A stretch of DNA of 52,070 nucleotides from Candidatus Peregrinibacteria bacterium CG_4_9_14_0_2_um_filter_41_14 (GCA_002788755.1 PFRW01000050.1:1-52070); one strand, 5' to 3'; positions 21,522 through 31,855 are shown, counted from the first letter of the stretch. The notes: a model not told the origin generated them from the sequence alone. Made by a program: numbers and translations.

Positions 21522-22076
21522 TTATTTAATATACAGGACGGCACTATCGATTTTGTCACTTGGTTTAAGACCATCAATTTTGAAAGCGTGTGAAACAACT
21601 TTGCAACCGGGTCTTAGTTGTGGCCAAACAATTTTATAAAACTTTTGCATGGTATCTTTAAGGAGAAAGCAAAAAATGACGTCGGCATCTTTATAATCTT
21701 GGGTCCAAAAGTTTTTGTATTGAATTTTAGATCCAGGGGAAAATAGGGACTTTATTTTGGCTAAGACGTAAGTTGGAAAAGACAGTTCATACCCAACAGC
21801 ATTGGCGCCTTCTTTACTTGCGGCAAAAATGAGACGGCCGTCGCCACAGCCTAGGTCGTAGACTTTCTGACCTTTTGTAAGCTTAGCCAATGTCATCATT
21901 TTGCGTAAAACTTTTTTTGAAGTTGGGACAAAGGGGGCACCTGTTACCATGGCGTAAATACCGGGCAAGGAGATAATTAACATGCCGACAAAAATCCAAA
22001 TTGGCTCAATCTTAAGCAAATAAAGCAATGGTGAAAGGACAAGGACATAACCGGCAAGCAGAAAGGCTTCAAGCAT
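21522..22076 (-). CDS. Membrane-anchored class I SAM-dependent methyltransferase
   Basis: Motifs APFVPT, YDLGCGDGR, GYE and VVSHAF, after two N-terminal TM segments. Confidence 0.9.
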   Translation of the reverse strand: MLEAFLLAGYVLVLSPLLYLLKIEPIWIFVGMLIISLPGIYAMVTGAPFVPTSKKVLRKMMTLAKLTKGQKVYDLGCGDGRLIFAASKEGANAVGYELSFPTYVLAKIKSLFSPGSKIQYKNFWTQDYKDADVIFCFLLKDTMQKFYKIVWPQLRPGCKVVSHAFKIDGLKPSDKIDSAVLYIK

Positions 22077-22713
22077 TGGTAATATTTAATAATTGTTCAA
22101 TCAAGTTTAGCTTGGTTTGCGTTGGTTTCCTATACATTTCTATTAATGCCAAAGCGATTTGACTGTAAATCCCCTCCCCTGCTTCTATTTTTTTAAAATG
22201 ATGCAAAAGTTGGGCTAGACCAAAATATTGCGGTCGATAACCAACATGCCTAAAATTGATCAAATAAATGCCATCACTGTTTTGAATAAGATGCTCCGGT
22301 AAAAATGCTGTATGGGTCCACAGCATTGCCGGCTGATTTGCCTTTTGGCTAAGATAACTACGAGCATCTTGAAGAATTGGTGAGGCTTCCGGTTCGTTGT
22401 ATTGGCTTAGCTGTTCTTTAAGCCAGCCCCATGCGGAGCGTTCTGCTATGGTTGACTGACATAATGGTTTGGGCATTTTCGAGACAAGCTTTTTGTAAGC
22501 GTAGATAATTGCGTTGAGGTCTTTTGGATGTTCGCCATTAATAAATTCTCTATTTAAAAAGTACTGCTGTTTGTGGACATCGTGGCCAAAACTATTAATG
22601 GCGGGAATCTTTAATGTGTTGCACGTAAATTGCAAATTAAATTGATGCAAAACTTTGTACTCGGGTACGTCTTGTTGCTCGGTCCACAATTTAGTATGTG
22701 TGTTGGATGCCAT
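22069..22713 (-). CDS. Hypothetical protein, degenerate APH/choline-kinase-like fold
   Basis: REFING (hinge), WTHTAFLPEHLI (cf. HGDxxxxN), YLINF (cf. IDF) and GYRPQYFGLA. Confidence 0.55.
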   Translation of the reverse strand: MASNTHTKLWTEQQDVPEYKVLHQFNLQFTCNTLKIPAINSFGHDVHKQQYFLNREFINGEHPKDLNAIIYAYKKLVSKMPKPLCQSTIAERSAWGWLKEQLSQYNEPEASPILQDARSYLSQKANQPAMLWTHTAFLPEHLIQNSDGIYLINFRHVGYRPQYFGLAQLLHHFKKIEAGEGIYSQIALALIEMYRKPTQTKLNLIEQLLNITNA

Positions 22714-23242
22714 TTTCGGTAATTATGTATTCGACACTTTGGTCAAAAGTTTCTGTTGGTAGGGTTTCGCTTGTAATGCACTCACTATAGTTAACGCCGA
22801 TGGTAACGCCTTGAAACTCTTTTAGATAGCGATCGTAACAGCCTTTGCCGTAGCCAAGTCGATCTCCTTGTAAGTCAAAAACGATGGCCGGCACAATGAG
22901 GCAATCGGGTGTTTGGGGTTGTTTGTTAGTGATGATTGGCTCTGGGATACCAAATTGACCGTCTTTAAAATCCTTTAAATCTGATACCTGATAAAAACTA
23001 ATTGTGTTATCCGCAGTGGTAATCGGGAATAAAAATTGCTGTGGGTTTTGCTCGACAAGCGGTAGTAAGTTGACCTCGCTGCGGACCGGGTAGTAGATGC
23101 CGATGCTTGTAGACATTTGTGCCTCAATTAGATTAGCAAGGTGGACTCTGATGTATTTACTTTTTTGGGTGCGCTCGCTTTCGGAGATGGCTTCTCGCAT
23201 TAATAGAAACTGCTGCCGTAATTGGGCTTTAAAAGAATGCAA
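22691..23242 (-). CDS. 5-formyltetrahydrofolate cyclo-ligase
   Basis: KAQLR, FGIPEP and LIVPAIVFD..GDRLGYGKGCYDRYL; TTG start. Confidence 0.92.
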   Translation of the reverse strand: MHSFKAQLRQQFLLMREAISESERTQKSKYIRVHLANLIEAQMSTSIGIYYPVRSEVNLLPLVEQNPQQFLFPITTADNTISFYQVSDLKDFKDGQFGIPEPIITNKQPQTPDCLIVPAIVFDLQGDRLGYGKGCYDRYLKEFQGVTIGVNYSECITSETLPTETFDQSVEYIITENGIQHTY

Positions 23243-23882
23243 GAATAATGGGAATTAAAAAAATAGATAAGGCGCCAATGATAATCATTACAACCACATT
23301 AACTGGGTGTGGATCGGTACCAATTTCGGCATAACCGCGTGTAAAAAAGAAGGTTTGGCCAACAATAGATGAAGTAATTAACAATAGCCCCCACCACGGT
23401 GTATTAAGCGCGATAAGTGGTGCCAACATAAATAAAAAGGAAAAGAAGGTGATGGAAATTAAGCCTACCGAAAAAGTGTCGGGGCTTTCCGACTTAAACT
23501 TGGTAAAGAGCATGACATAAAATGCGATTGTGATCACGAAAAAACTGACCGTAAAAAACTCAGCCAACTGCGAGATACCGCCCTGCCCTAGTGCCACATT
23601 AATGCCAATGGGAATTAATGGCACAAACATAGTTTGGACAGCTCGCCACAAATTATGAGGAAAAGAGAAAATGGAAAAACAAGCAAAATAAAAAAATATA
23701 GCTACAAAAGCCCCGATTGCCGGCAAAATATACCACTTTGGATCTAAATTAAATCCTCCATTTGGATACGCCAAACGAAAAGTATAAATTGTTAGCGATG
23801 GCAATAAAGCCAAATACAAAAAATAGAGATTTTTTAAAACCATTAGGGTACGGTCGTGGATTTTGAGGTGGGCTATTTTCAT
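23229..23882 (-). CDS. Hypothetical integral membrane protein
   Basis: 217 aa with about 7 hydrophobic segments, overlapping the next gene. Confidence 0.7.
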   Translation of the reverse strand: MKIAHLKIHDRTLMVLKNLYFLYLALLPSLTIYTFRLAYPNGGFNLDPKWYILPAIGAFVAIFFYFACFSIFSFPHNLWRAVQTMFVPLIPIGINVALGQGGISQLAEFFTVSFFVITIAFYVMLFTKFKSESPDTFSVGLISITFFSFLFMLAPLIALNTPWWGLLLITSSIVGQTFFFTRGYAEIGTDPHPVNVVVMIIIGALSIFLIPIILAFF

Positions 23883-23899
23883 GCTGCAATTTTATCCGA

Positions 23900-23988
23900 T
23901 GGTGGGCAAGAGAGGACTTGAACCTCCACGGCCATAGATGGCCACTAGCCCCTCAAGCTAGCGCGTCTACCAATTCCGCCACTTGCCC
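23900..23988 (-). tRNA. tRNA-Leu (anticodon GAG), CCA encoded
   Basis: GGGCAAG acceptor, GGCGGAATTGGTAGACGC D arm, CTAGC-TTGAGGG-GCTAG anticodon arm, long variable arm GGCCATCTATGGCC and GGTTCAAGTCC. Confidence 0.97.
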
Positions 23989-24120
23989 ATGTTTGTGCCT
24001 ATTATTTTTACTATAGTTTGGCTGCTTATACAAGTGTTTGCACTTGATCTTTTTACCCGACATTATTAGAATCTTTAATACAAAAAATTTACATAAATTT
24101 ATTTTGTTAATATTTACATT

Positions 24121-25335
24121 ATGAATACAAGAAAAAGTACAGTTGCGCTGACTTTGGTTGGGTCTTTGGTATTGGGATTTGCGGGCGGCTCCCTTGGGGC
24201 GGCTACGACCAATTTGTTTGGAAGTGACACGGACTTGGTGGGTGACAGTGGGCAGGTTCAACAAACACAAATTGTGGAAGAAGGGTCGCAAACAATAGAT
24301 GCGATTGAAAAAGTACAACCCGCAGTAGTCTCAATTGTGGCAACAAGAGATTTGCAAATTGTCAGACGCTCACCGTCATCGCTATTTAATCCGTTTATGC
24401 CGGTTCCACAAGAAGCGCCGCAAGTGGAAACACAACGCCAGCAAGTTAGTGGTGGATCCGGATTTATTGTTTCGGCAGATGGATTGGTCCTTACCAATAA
24501 ACATGTAGTAAGGGACGAGGATGCTGATTACTCAGTTGTACTTAATAATGGTGAGGAATATACGGCCGAGGTAGTCAGTAGAGATCCGGCAAATGACTTA
24601 GCTGTAATTCAAATACTGGAAGGTGAAGATAAGAGTAAGCCAAAAGATTTGCCGATTGTGGAATTTGGCGAAAGTGACAATTTAAAAATTGGCCAAAAAG
24701 TAATTGCGATTGGCAATGCCCTTGGTGAATTTCAAAATACGGTAACATCTGGAATTGTGAGTGCGATTAGCCGACAAATTGAAGCATCGGATTCTATGGG
24801 TGGAAATAGGGATGTCTTAACAAACTTATTGCAAACTGATGCAGCCATTAATGCCGGTAATAGTGGTGGTCCGTTAATTAATTTATCTGGACAGGTTGTA
24901 GGCGTAAATACGGCAATTGCGTCTGGCGCAAATGGTATTGGTTTTGCCATTCCGATTGACGATGTAAAGCCGGTAGTAAGCAGCGTTAAAGAGTTTGGGG
25001 AAATTGTGCGACCTCAGTTAGGTGTAAGATATGTGCTGTTATCTAAGACCAATGCTGAAAATTTTGAAATAGATGTGGACCACGGTGCCTACCTAGCGGG
25101 TAATGACTCCGAGGCTCTACCGGCAGTATTAAAAGACTCGCCGGCGGACAAGGCGGGACTACAGGCAAAAGATGTGATTTTAGAAGTGGACGGCAAAGAG
25201 ATTAATGAAACTTTTGGCTTACAAGAAGCAATTAGAAACAAAAAGCCAGATGACAAGGTTAACCTTACAATTTGGCGTGATGGCAAGAGTATAGAAAAGA
25301 CTGTAACCCTAGAAGCTTTTGAACCACAAAAATAG
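24121..25335 (+). CDS. HtrA/DegP-like serine protease with one PDZ domain
   Basis: Motifs GSGFI, TNKHVV, DLA, QTDAAINAGNSGGPL and GIGFAIP, plus a PDZ domain. Confidence 0.95.
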   Translation: MNTRKSTVALTLVGSLVLGFAGGSLGAATTNLFGSDTDLVGDSGQVQQTQIVEEGSQTIDAIEKVQPAVVSIVATRDLQIVRRSPSSLFNPFMPVPQEAPQVETQRQQVSGGSGFIVSADGLVLTNKHVVRDEDADYSVVLNNGEEYTAEVVSRDPANDLAVIQILEGEDKSKPKDLPIVEFGESDNLKIGQKVIAIGNALGEFQNTVTSGIVSAISRQIEASDSMGGNRDVLTNLLQTDAAINAGNSGGPLINLSGQVVGVNTAIASGANGIGFAIPIDDVKPVVSSVKEFGEIVRPQLGVRYVLLSKTNAENFEIDVDHGAYLAGNDSEALPAVLKDSPADKAGLQAKDVILEVDGKEINETFGLQEAIRNKKPDDKVNLTIWRDGKSIEKTVTLEAFEPQK

Positions 25336-25954
25336 TAATGTTCAGCAAATCGCGATTAATGGTTATGATCGAAACTTTTCATATTTTGTAAATGACGAGT
25401 CAACAAAAGACATTGCCATTGTTGATCCGGGGGACATTAGTTTATTGGAACAAATTATTGATGAGGGGAACTGGCGACCAAAAATGATTTTACTAACCCA
25501 TAGTCATCATGACCATGTGGAGGCGGTCGCTCCCCTTGTTGCTCATTACGATATTCCTGTTTACTTGCACGAAAATGCCATGGACAGAGTTGACGTCCCC
25601 TCACACTTGATACGCCTAATTAATGATGGGACAAAAATTGCATTAGGTAATTTGAAAATAGAAGTTTTGTATACACCGGGGCATATTGATGATGCGGTCT
25701 GTTTCTATATATCGGCAGAGCAAGCTTTGGACGGTACACCAAAACTGCTAACTGGTGATACCCTATTTGTTGAAGGGTGTGGACGTTCTGATTTTCCCCT
25801 TAGCAACCCAACAGATTTAAAGGCAAGTCTAAGGCGTATTAGCCAACTACCAAATAACACCGAGGTTTTTCCCGGACACGATTATGGTAGCAAACCTATT
25901 TCTACGATTGAATGGGAAAAAGTACAGAATCGGCATATGCAAATTTATAGATAA
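25319..25954 (+). CDS. MBL-fold metallo-hydrolase (glyoxalase II-like)
   Basis: Motifs THSHHDH, TPGH, TGDTLF.GCGR and PGHDYG. Confidence 0.9.
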   Translation: MNHKNSNVQQIAINGYDRNFSYFVNDESTKDIAIVDPGDISLLEQIIDEGNWRPKMILLTHSHHDHVEAVAPLVAHYDIPVYLHENAMDRVDVPSHLIRLINDGTKIALGNLKIEVLYTPGHIDDAVCFYISAEQALDGTPKLLTGDTLFVEGCGRSDFPLSNPTDLKASLRRISQLPNNTEVFPGHDYGSKPISTIEWEKVQNRHMQIYR

Positions 25955-25972
25955 CTTATTCCAGTTCATGTA

Positions 25973-26001
25973 TTGACAAAATAGACATAAGTTATTATAA
26001 T
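25973..26001 (+). promoter_or_regulatory. Perfect-consensus sigma70 promoter
   Basis: TTGACA (25973-25978), 17 bp, TATAAT (25996-26001), 25 nt before ATG 26027. Confidence 0.85.
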
Positions 26002-26026
26002 TTCTGCCTGATTTTAAATATGCCTT

Positions 26027-28927
26027 ATGGAACATAATAATCTTGGTACCGAGAGTTTACCTACTAATAAAGTACCCGTAAATAATACATTACACGTACC
26101 TGTTGAAAATCCAGGTAAGCACCTTGTAAAACTTGGTGAATGCAATTTCGCAGTGCAAATTACGGATAAAGGTAATGTAATAATTTTAAGTGATAGGACA
26201 GATCATGCTGTTGCAGTTAATAAGAAGAACTTTGAAATTGCAAAAGTACAATTTAACGAAGACGGTGAAGTTACACTTGTGGATAATGCTCAAGTACTTA
26301 ATGGTAACTTAGTAGATGTTGATGAAGATGCTGGAAAGATTGAGTTTGACTTTGGATATAAACGCGGCCGTTACAGCTTAATAGCAGTTTATAAGGAAGA
26401 TAAAAAAGGATCTGAAGTAGTTGTTGAATCGATTAATGAGGAAATACAAAAAGTTGTGGCAAAGACTGAAAAAGTTTCAGAACTGTTGCAATCTGGCGAT
26501 AGTCAATACGGTATCGATATTAGAAATGGCGTTTTACGAGAATGCTTATCGATTCATACTGATAACTATGGTGCGTATTTAACCAACGTTTCGGATACGC
26601 CAGGTCAAACAACTTATATGCTAGAAGTACTTCGCCCTTTAACAAGTGAAGAGGCTACAGCTGAAACAGCAACGCCACGCGAAGACCGTAGGATTACCGG
26701 TCCGATTACAATAACTGTAACTGATTCTGTTTCTGAAGGCATTAAATTGATCACAGCAGATTCACTAAAACAGGGTAAGCACCAACAAGTCATGATCTCT
26801 AATCATGGCAAGAAAATTGAATTAAATGGAGAAATCACTAATGATGCAATGGATTTCACTATTAGTGTTGCGGTAGATGGTACAATAAATATTGTATCAA
26901 ATACAGAATTACGCACCTTTCATCATGCAAAATCTGCAATGGAATCTACAGTGTTACGAGGAGAGAAGGAAAATGATACGCAATCAATTATTCAGCCGCC
27001 AACTGAACCTCCAACTCAACCACAAATTATGCATACTATTGATAAATCCCATGTAGTTGGTGAATCGCGCGAATTAACGCAAATTGGCGAAACAATTAAT
27101 GTGGTATTGCAAAACGGTGTGGAAATGTTAGTGACGATTGGTGATGACGATTACCATGTTATCCAAGAAGAAGGTGCAGACAGGCTAACGGTTACTGATT
27201 TGCAAAATAATCAGCTGACACAATTAAGCCCATCTACCGACTTCCGTGTTGGTACGACGTTAAGCTCTAATAATGGTGACGCAAAGGTTGAGCTAAAAGT
27301 TCGTACAAATGATAATGGTTTGCCCGTTGTTAGTATTACTAAACTTGCCGGTATTGTAAGTTATTTGGTTGCAGATAATAGTCCTCAGCCACAAACTGTT
27401 GATATACCTACGCCACCAGAGCCAACATTAGATGAATTACAACCAGAACGTGTAAGTGTTGATCTAAAGGCAAATCAAGCGCAAATAGGAATTGATCTTA
27501 GTTATGGGATACAAACTTTGTATTTGGGAAGCCAAAACCATATTATTTACTTAAGACGTATTACTGACGATAGATATAGTATTCAAATTCGCGATGAATC
27601 AGATGCCACCAAAAAACATACTTACTACGTTGCCGAGATTACTGTTTCACGAGATAGAAATGGCAAACCAATACTATGCAACTTGGGAGATAGTACGGAG
27701 GCTCTATTTGTAAATGTTAATACAATCGATATTAAATTTCATGACTTAGATTTTTCTTTATGCCTAGCAGATGATGGTACTTGGGAAATTGAAGCTAATT
27801 GTGACTTAAAAACAATATATTATTTTGCCCCAAATACACCAAAATCAGAAGTTTGTGACTTAAGAACACCAAACGACCTTGACGCCAAATTAGCAGATGG
27901 TGAACCCGTATCAGACTATAATCCTAGCTCATATTTACCACGTGGCGATCAAAAAGATCCATTGGTTAGAGATAAAACATACCGTGAATTAACTATGGGG
28001 AATAATACTGATGAGACAGCAAAAACAAGAATGGAGGCGGCATATCAATCAATAAAATTGCATTTGACTAGACTAAACGTGGAGAGCCCTTCTGAAGACG
28101 ACGTATTAGGTTGGGGACGTATACTTGCCGACATTGATAAAAATGACAATGCAAGTAAAGTTAATTATTTGGCAGATGTTCTTGGTCTCAATAATCGCAA
28201 GAAATCATTAATTAATGAGCTTAATATAATTAGTAGTAACGTCTCAATATATTACCAAGCACATCAAAATAATATCAAGCATGCAAAAGGTCAAATTGCT
28301 GCATCGGAAGAGATTGTGGCACGATGGGAACATCAGGTGAGTTATTTATTTAAGATACTTGGAGCAACACAAATTGTGGAACCTACTGAACTGGTAAAAT
28401 TTGCAGAATTTGTAGCGGACAAGGCAAAAAGCCAAACCGAAGTTGAGTTGCATGAGACAATTAAAAATCATCTTGGTATAAAGGAACCAAAAATGAATAC
28501 ACTTGCAAAAATGTGGCGCTCTCTTTTCCCAAGTAAGGCCAAGCAAGCTGAAGCAAATAACATAAAATTATTGCAGCATAAGTTAAACAGCATTTTGCAA
28601 ATGACGTCTCAACTAGAAAAAAATAGAGATTATATTAGAAAGACAGAACTAAACTCAATTAAGCCAGTATTTGAATTTATGGGAAAGGTATCTAGTACTA
28701 ACTTTGATAAAGTTATTAAAATGGCTAATGAAAACTATGGGTTTGCCGTTTTAAATAAAAAATTTGGTGATCCAAGTGATCCAACGTATGCAAAAATAGC
28801 TAATGATTTACGTACGATGGAAATGGGCTTTCCCGACGAATTTCCAGCGACTACCAGAGATGGTATCGATGTCAAAATTGTATATTCTAAATTTGAAACG
28901 CCAATACTGGTAGTCGAAGATTTTTAA
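26027..28927 (+). CDS. Large hypothetical protein (orphan, 966 aa)
   Basis: Long uninterrupted ORF with beta-rich blocks separated by Pro/Gln/Thr linkers and a helical C-terminus. No family recognised. Confidence 0.8.
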   Translation: MEHNNLGTESLPTNKVPVNNTLHVPVENPGKHLVKLGECNFAVQITDKGNVIILSDRTDHAVAVNKKNFEIAKVQFNEDGEVTLVDNAQVLNGNLVDVDEDAGKIEFDFGYKRGRYSLIAVYKEDKKGSEVVVESINEEIQKVVAKTEKVSELLQSGDSQYGIDIRNGVLRECLSIHTDNYGAYLTNVSDTPGQTTYMLEVLRPLTSEEATAETATPREDRRITGPITITVTDSVSEGIKLITADSLKQGKHQQVMISNHGKKIELNGEITNDAMDFTISVAVDGTINIVSNTELRTFHHAKSAMESTVLRGEKENDTQSIIQPPTEPPTQPQIMHTIDKSHVVGESRELTQIGETINVVLQNGVEMLVTIGDDDYHVIQEEGADRLTVTDLQNNQLTQLSPSTDFRVGTTLSSNNGDAKVELKVRTNDNGLPVVSITKLAGIVSYLVADNSPQPQTVDIPTPPEPTLDELQPERVSVDLKANQAQIGIDLSYGIQTLYLGSQNHIIYLRRITDDRYSIQIRDESDATKKHTYYVAEITVSRDRNGKPILCNLGDSTEALFVNVNTIDIKFHDLDFSLCLADDGTWEIEANCDLKTIYYFAPNTPKSEVCDLRTPNDLDAKLADGEPVSDYNPSSYLPRGDQKDPLVRDKTYRELTMGNNTDETAKTRMEAAYQSIKLHLTRLNVESPSEDDVLGWGRILADIDKNDNASKVNYLADVLGLNNRKKSLINELNIISSNVSIYYQAHQNNIKHAKGQIAASEEIVARWEHQVSYLFKILGATQIVEPTELVKFAEFVADKAKSQTEVELHETIKNHLGIKEPKMNTLAKMWRSLFPSKAKQAEANNIKLLQHKLNSILQMTSQLEKNRDYIRKTELNSIKPVFEFMGKVSSTNFDKVIKMANENYGFAVLNKKFGDPSDPTYAKIANDLRTMEMGFPDEFPATTRDGIDVKIVYSKFETPILVVEDF

Positions 28928-30177
28928 ACTGTGCCGGCCACAGGGAATTGTTCACACACTTCCCTAACCTGTGCTTTAATATTTTCTAACTCGGTTGGAT
29001 TGTCGGCATTAGATAATGCGCCGTCGATCCACTGGGCTAGTTTTTTAATTTCTGCTTCTTTAAAACCGCGGGTGGTAATGGCTGGTGTACCTAGGCGAAC
29101 ACCGGATGGGTCAAATGGGCTGCGCTCGTCAAAGGGGACCATGTTTTTGTTACAGGAAACGCCAATTTGTTCGAGAGCGTGTTCGGCTTCTTGGCCGCTA
29201 AGACCTTTGGATTTGATGGTGTCTAACAACATTAAGTGGTTATCGGTGCCGCCGGTAATAATGACGTGGCCCATATCTACTAGAGATTGAGCAAGGGTTT
29301 GTGCGTTAACAATAACTTGTTTGGCGTAATCTTGAAATTCCGGTTGAAGGGCTTCTTTAAAGGCTACGGCTTTGGCAGCGTTAATGTGGTCGTGGGGGCC
29401 GCCTTGCATGCCGGGGAATACGGCTTTGTCGATTTCTTTGGCGAAGGGTTCTTTACAGAGGATGAGTGCTCCACGAGGCCCGCGCAGGGTTTTATGGGTG
29501 GTTGTGGAAACGACGTCAAATAGTGGGGTTGGATTTTCCAGTTGTTTACCGGCAATTAAACCGGCAATGTGAGCGATATCGGCAAAAGTAATGGCGCCAA
29601 CTTCGTCGGCGATCTCTTTAAATTTGGCCCAGTCTAAATCGCGTGAATAAGCACTAAAGCCAGCAACAATTACTTTTGGCTTGTGTTCGTGAGCGAGGCG
29701 GCGAACTTCATCCATGTCGATTAAATGGGTTTCGGGATCAACTCCATACTGAACAAAGTTGTACAGTTTGCCGGAAAAGTTGACGGGATGGCCGTGGCTT
29801 AAGTGACCACCGTGAGCAAGGCTCATACCTAAAATTGTGTCACCCGGTTGAGCTATGGCAAAATAAACGGCAGCGTTAGCCGGAGAACCGGATAAAGCTT
29901 GTACATTGGCATGCTCGGCACCAAACAACGCTTTGGCACGATCTATGGCTAAGCCTTCGATTGTATCAACATTTTCTTGGCCGGCATAATAGCGTTTGCC
30001 AATGTAACCTTCGGAATATTTATTGGTAAAAACAGATGCCATGGTTTCCAGTACCGGTAACGACACGTGATTTTCGGAAGCAATTAGCTCTAATTCATAT
30101 AGTTGTCTTCGCTCTTCGGCCCGGATTGCGTCGTAAACTTGCTGATCTTGTTGCTTAAGCTCAGTGTAGGGAAACAT
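28924..30177 (-). CDS. glyA: Serine hydroxymethyltransferase
   Basis: Motifs LIASEN, NKYSEGY, GGHLSHG, PLP site TTTHKTLRGPRG and SGVRLGTPA. Confidence 0.98.
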   Translation of the reverse strand: MFPYTELKQQDQQVYDAIRAEERRQLYELELIASENHVSLPVLETMASVFTNKYSEGYIGKRYYAGQENVDTIEGLAIDRAKALFGAEHANVQALSGSPANAAVYFAIAQPGDTILGMSLAHGGHLSHGHPVNFSGKLYNFVQYGVDPETHLIDMDEVRRLAHEHKPKVIVAGFSAYSRDLDWAKFKEIADEVGAITFADIAHIAGLIAGKQLENPTPLFDVVSTTTHKTLRGPRGALILCKEPFAKEIDKAVFPGMQGGPHDHINAAKAVAFKEALQPEFQDYAKQVIVNAQTLAQSLVDMGHVIITGGTDNHLMLLDTIKSKGLSGQEAEHALEQIGVSCNKNMVPFDERSPFDPSGVRLGTPAITTRGFKEAEIKKLAQWIDGALSNADNPTELENIKAQVREVCEQFPVAGTV

Positions 30178-30209
30178 AACAGAGATGTATTAAAAATTAG
30201 GGCAGCTAA

Positions 30210-30238
30210 AAAATAGAGGATCCGACTCTAACTGTCAA
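30210..30238 (-). promoter_or_regulatory. Putative sigma70 promoter of glyA
   Basis: TTGACA-17 bp-TATTTT. Confidence 0.55.
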
Positions 30239-30249
30239 ACTTGGTTTAC

Positions 30250-31839
30250 TTAATCTTTTTTGATGATAATTAGGGTCATATCATCTTTTTGTTCAAACTT
30301 ACCACGAAAATCATTGACGTCTTTAAAAGTGGCTTTTTGAATGGCGTCAGCTGTTTTAAGTTCGCCATACTTACTAAATGTTTCAGTTAGACGTTCCATA
30401 CCATATGTATCTTTTTCGTTTTGCCAGGCTTCGGGGAGACCATCACTGTAAAGCATGATGGCATCACCTTTTTTTAGGTCGAGCTCAACCTCTTCCAGTT
30501 GATCGTGAATTTCGGGGAGCATGCCAAGGGCAATGCCGCCGGGGGCAGTGAGATCCACTGTTTTGTCGGCTGTGTTGTATTTAAGAATTTGTTCGTGACC
30601 GGCGTTTACGTAGCTTAGTTTTTTCTTTTGAAAATCATATTTTACTAAGGCAAGGGTAATAAAAATGGCACCGCTGGTTTTGGCCTTTAGCGTAACGTTT
30701 ACTTTGGCCAGTAATTTAACGGGGTCCGGCTCTTCCGGTGCAAGCATGGCGATCATAGCGTTGGCGGTTGTGGAAAGCAGACCGGCAGAAATACCGTGGC
30801 CCGTCACATCGCCTAAATAGCAGTACAAATAATTACCTTTTTCGTTATCAATTCTAATTAGATCATACACGTCACCACTCACACCGGCGGCGGGAACTAA
30901 TTCGGCAGAAACATCGATCTGTTCAAAATCGGGAATATCTTTTGGTAATAGGGCTTGTTGGATTTTGGTAGCAAGTTCGATTTCCTTTTGGGTTTTTTCT
31001 TGATAGACGCGGGCTTCAATTCCTTTTTTGAGGTCGGTGGCCATTTGATTGACAGCTTTGGCCAAGATGCCCACTTCGTCTTTTGACTTAATTTGGGCGC
31101 GTTGGTCTAAATTACCTTGTGCAATATCTTCTACAATTTTGGTGAGCTTGCGTAAAGGACGGGCGATTGTGCCGGCAAATAAAAGGCCGATTAAAATACT
31201 AAATAAGATGGCAGCAAGCGCAACCATACCAATATTTATGGCTGCCTGCTGAAGACGAGTCCATAAATTTAAATAAGAAACATTGTAGGCAACGGCATAA
31301 GTATTGGAGACCGGATAAACAATATTTGCGATCTGGAAATTTTGTGGATTTGGTTGTGTTAAAAAGGGAATGCCTTCTTTGCTAACAAAGTGGTATTGGC
31401 CGGTGTCTGCTTTTTCCAGGTAATAAACTTCACCCAAAATAGTTTTAAGGGATGGGTTTTGGGCTTGAATACGTTCTTGATACACAGGATCGGTTATGTT
31501 CTCTCTACTTGGGCCTTTGTATTGCTCCTCTTTTTCGGTGGTGCTGTTGTATAAAAGTTTGCCACTGTAATCGTACACTTCTACGCCTAATACATCGCTA
31601 TTTTTGCGTAATAAATCTTTCATTTGCGGATTGAACAACACAAAACTCTCGGATGGCAAATATTCTCCGACAAGAGTGGCCATTCTGCTGGCGGTCAGTT
31701 CCGAAAAATTGCGAGCATTTAAATAAATATCGTTACTGATTTCCTGCTTATTTTGGTAAATTAAAACAGCGGCGGTCGCAGAGATAGACAAAACGATAAG
31801 TGTTGTCAGCAAGAGGCTGATTTGAGAACGTAGTTTCAT
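30250..31839 (-). CDS. SpoIIE/RsbU-type PP2C phosphatase with extracytoplasmic sensor and HAMP domain
   Basis: Two TM segments, HAMP (PLRKL...DEVGILA..VNQM), then GDVYD, GDVTGHG, NAGH, YSDGL and DDMT. Confidence 0.93.
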   Translation of the reverse strand: MKLRSQISLLLTTLIVLSISATAAVLIYQNKQEISNDIYLNARNFSELTASRMATLVGEYLPSESFVLFNPQMKDLLRKNSDVLGVEVYDYSGKLLYNSTTEKEEQYKGPSRENITDPVYQERIQAQNPSLKTILGEVYYLEKADTGQYHFVSKEGIPFLTQPNPQNFQIANIVYPVSNTYAVAYNVSYLNLWTRLQQAAINIGMVALAAILFSILIGLLFAGTIARPLRKLTKIVEDIAQGNLDQRAQIKSKDEVGILAKAVNQMATDLKKGIEARVYQEKTQKEIELATKIQQALLPKDIPDFEQIDVSAELVPAAGVSGDVYDLIRIDNEKGNYLYCYLGDVTGHGISAGLLSTTANAMIAMLAPEEPDPVKLLAKVNVTLKAKTSGAIFITLALVKYDFQKKKLSYVNAGHEQILKYNTADKTVDLTAPGGIALGMLPEIHDQLEEVELDLKKGDAIMLYSDGLPEAWQNEKDTYGMERLTETFSKYGELKTADAIQKATFKDVNDFRGKFEQKDDMTLIIIKKD

Positions 31840-31855
31840 AAGTCAGATCATATAT

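Noticed and set aside
20548..23988. Integrated element between or next to the two tRNAs
   Set aside because: No integrase and no duplicated tRNA 3' end seen; the enclosed genes look like ordinary lineage genes.
23953..24318. 121-aa minus-strand ORF
   Set aside because: It overlaps tRNA-Leu and the htrA start, so it is spurious.
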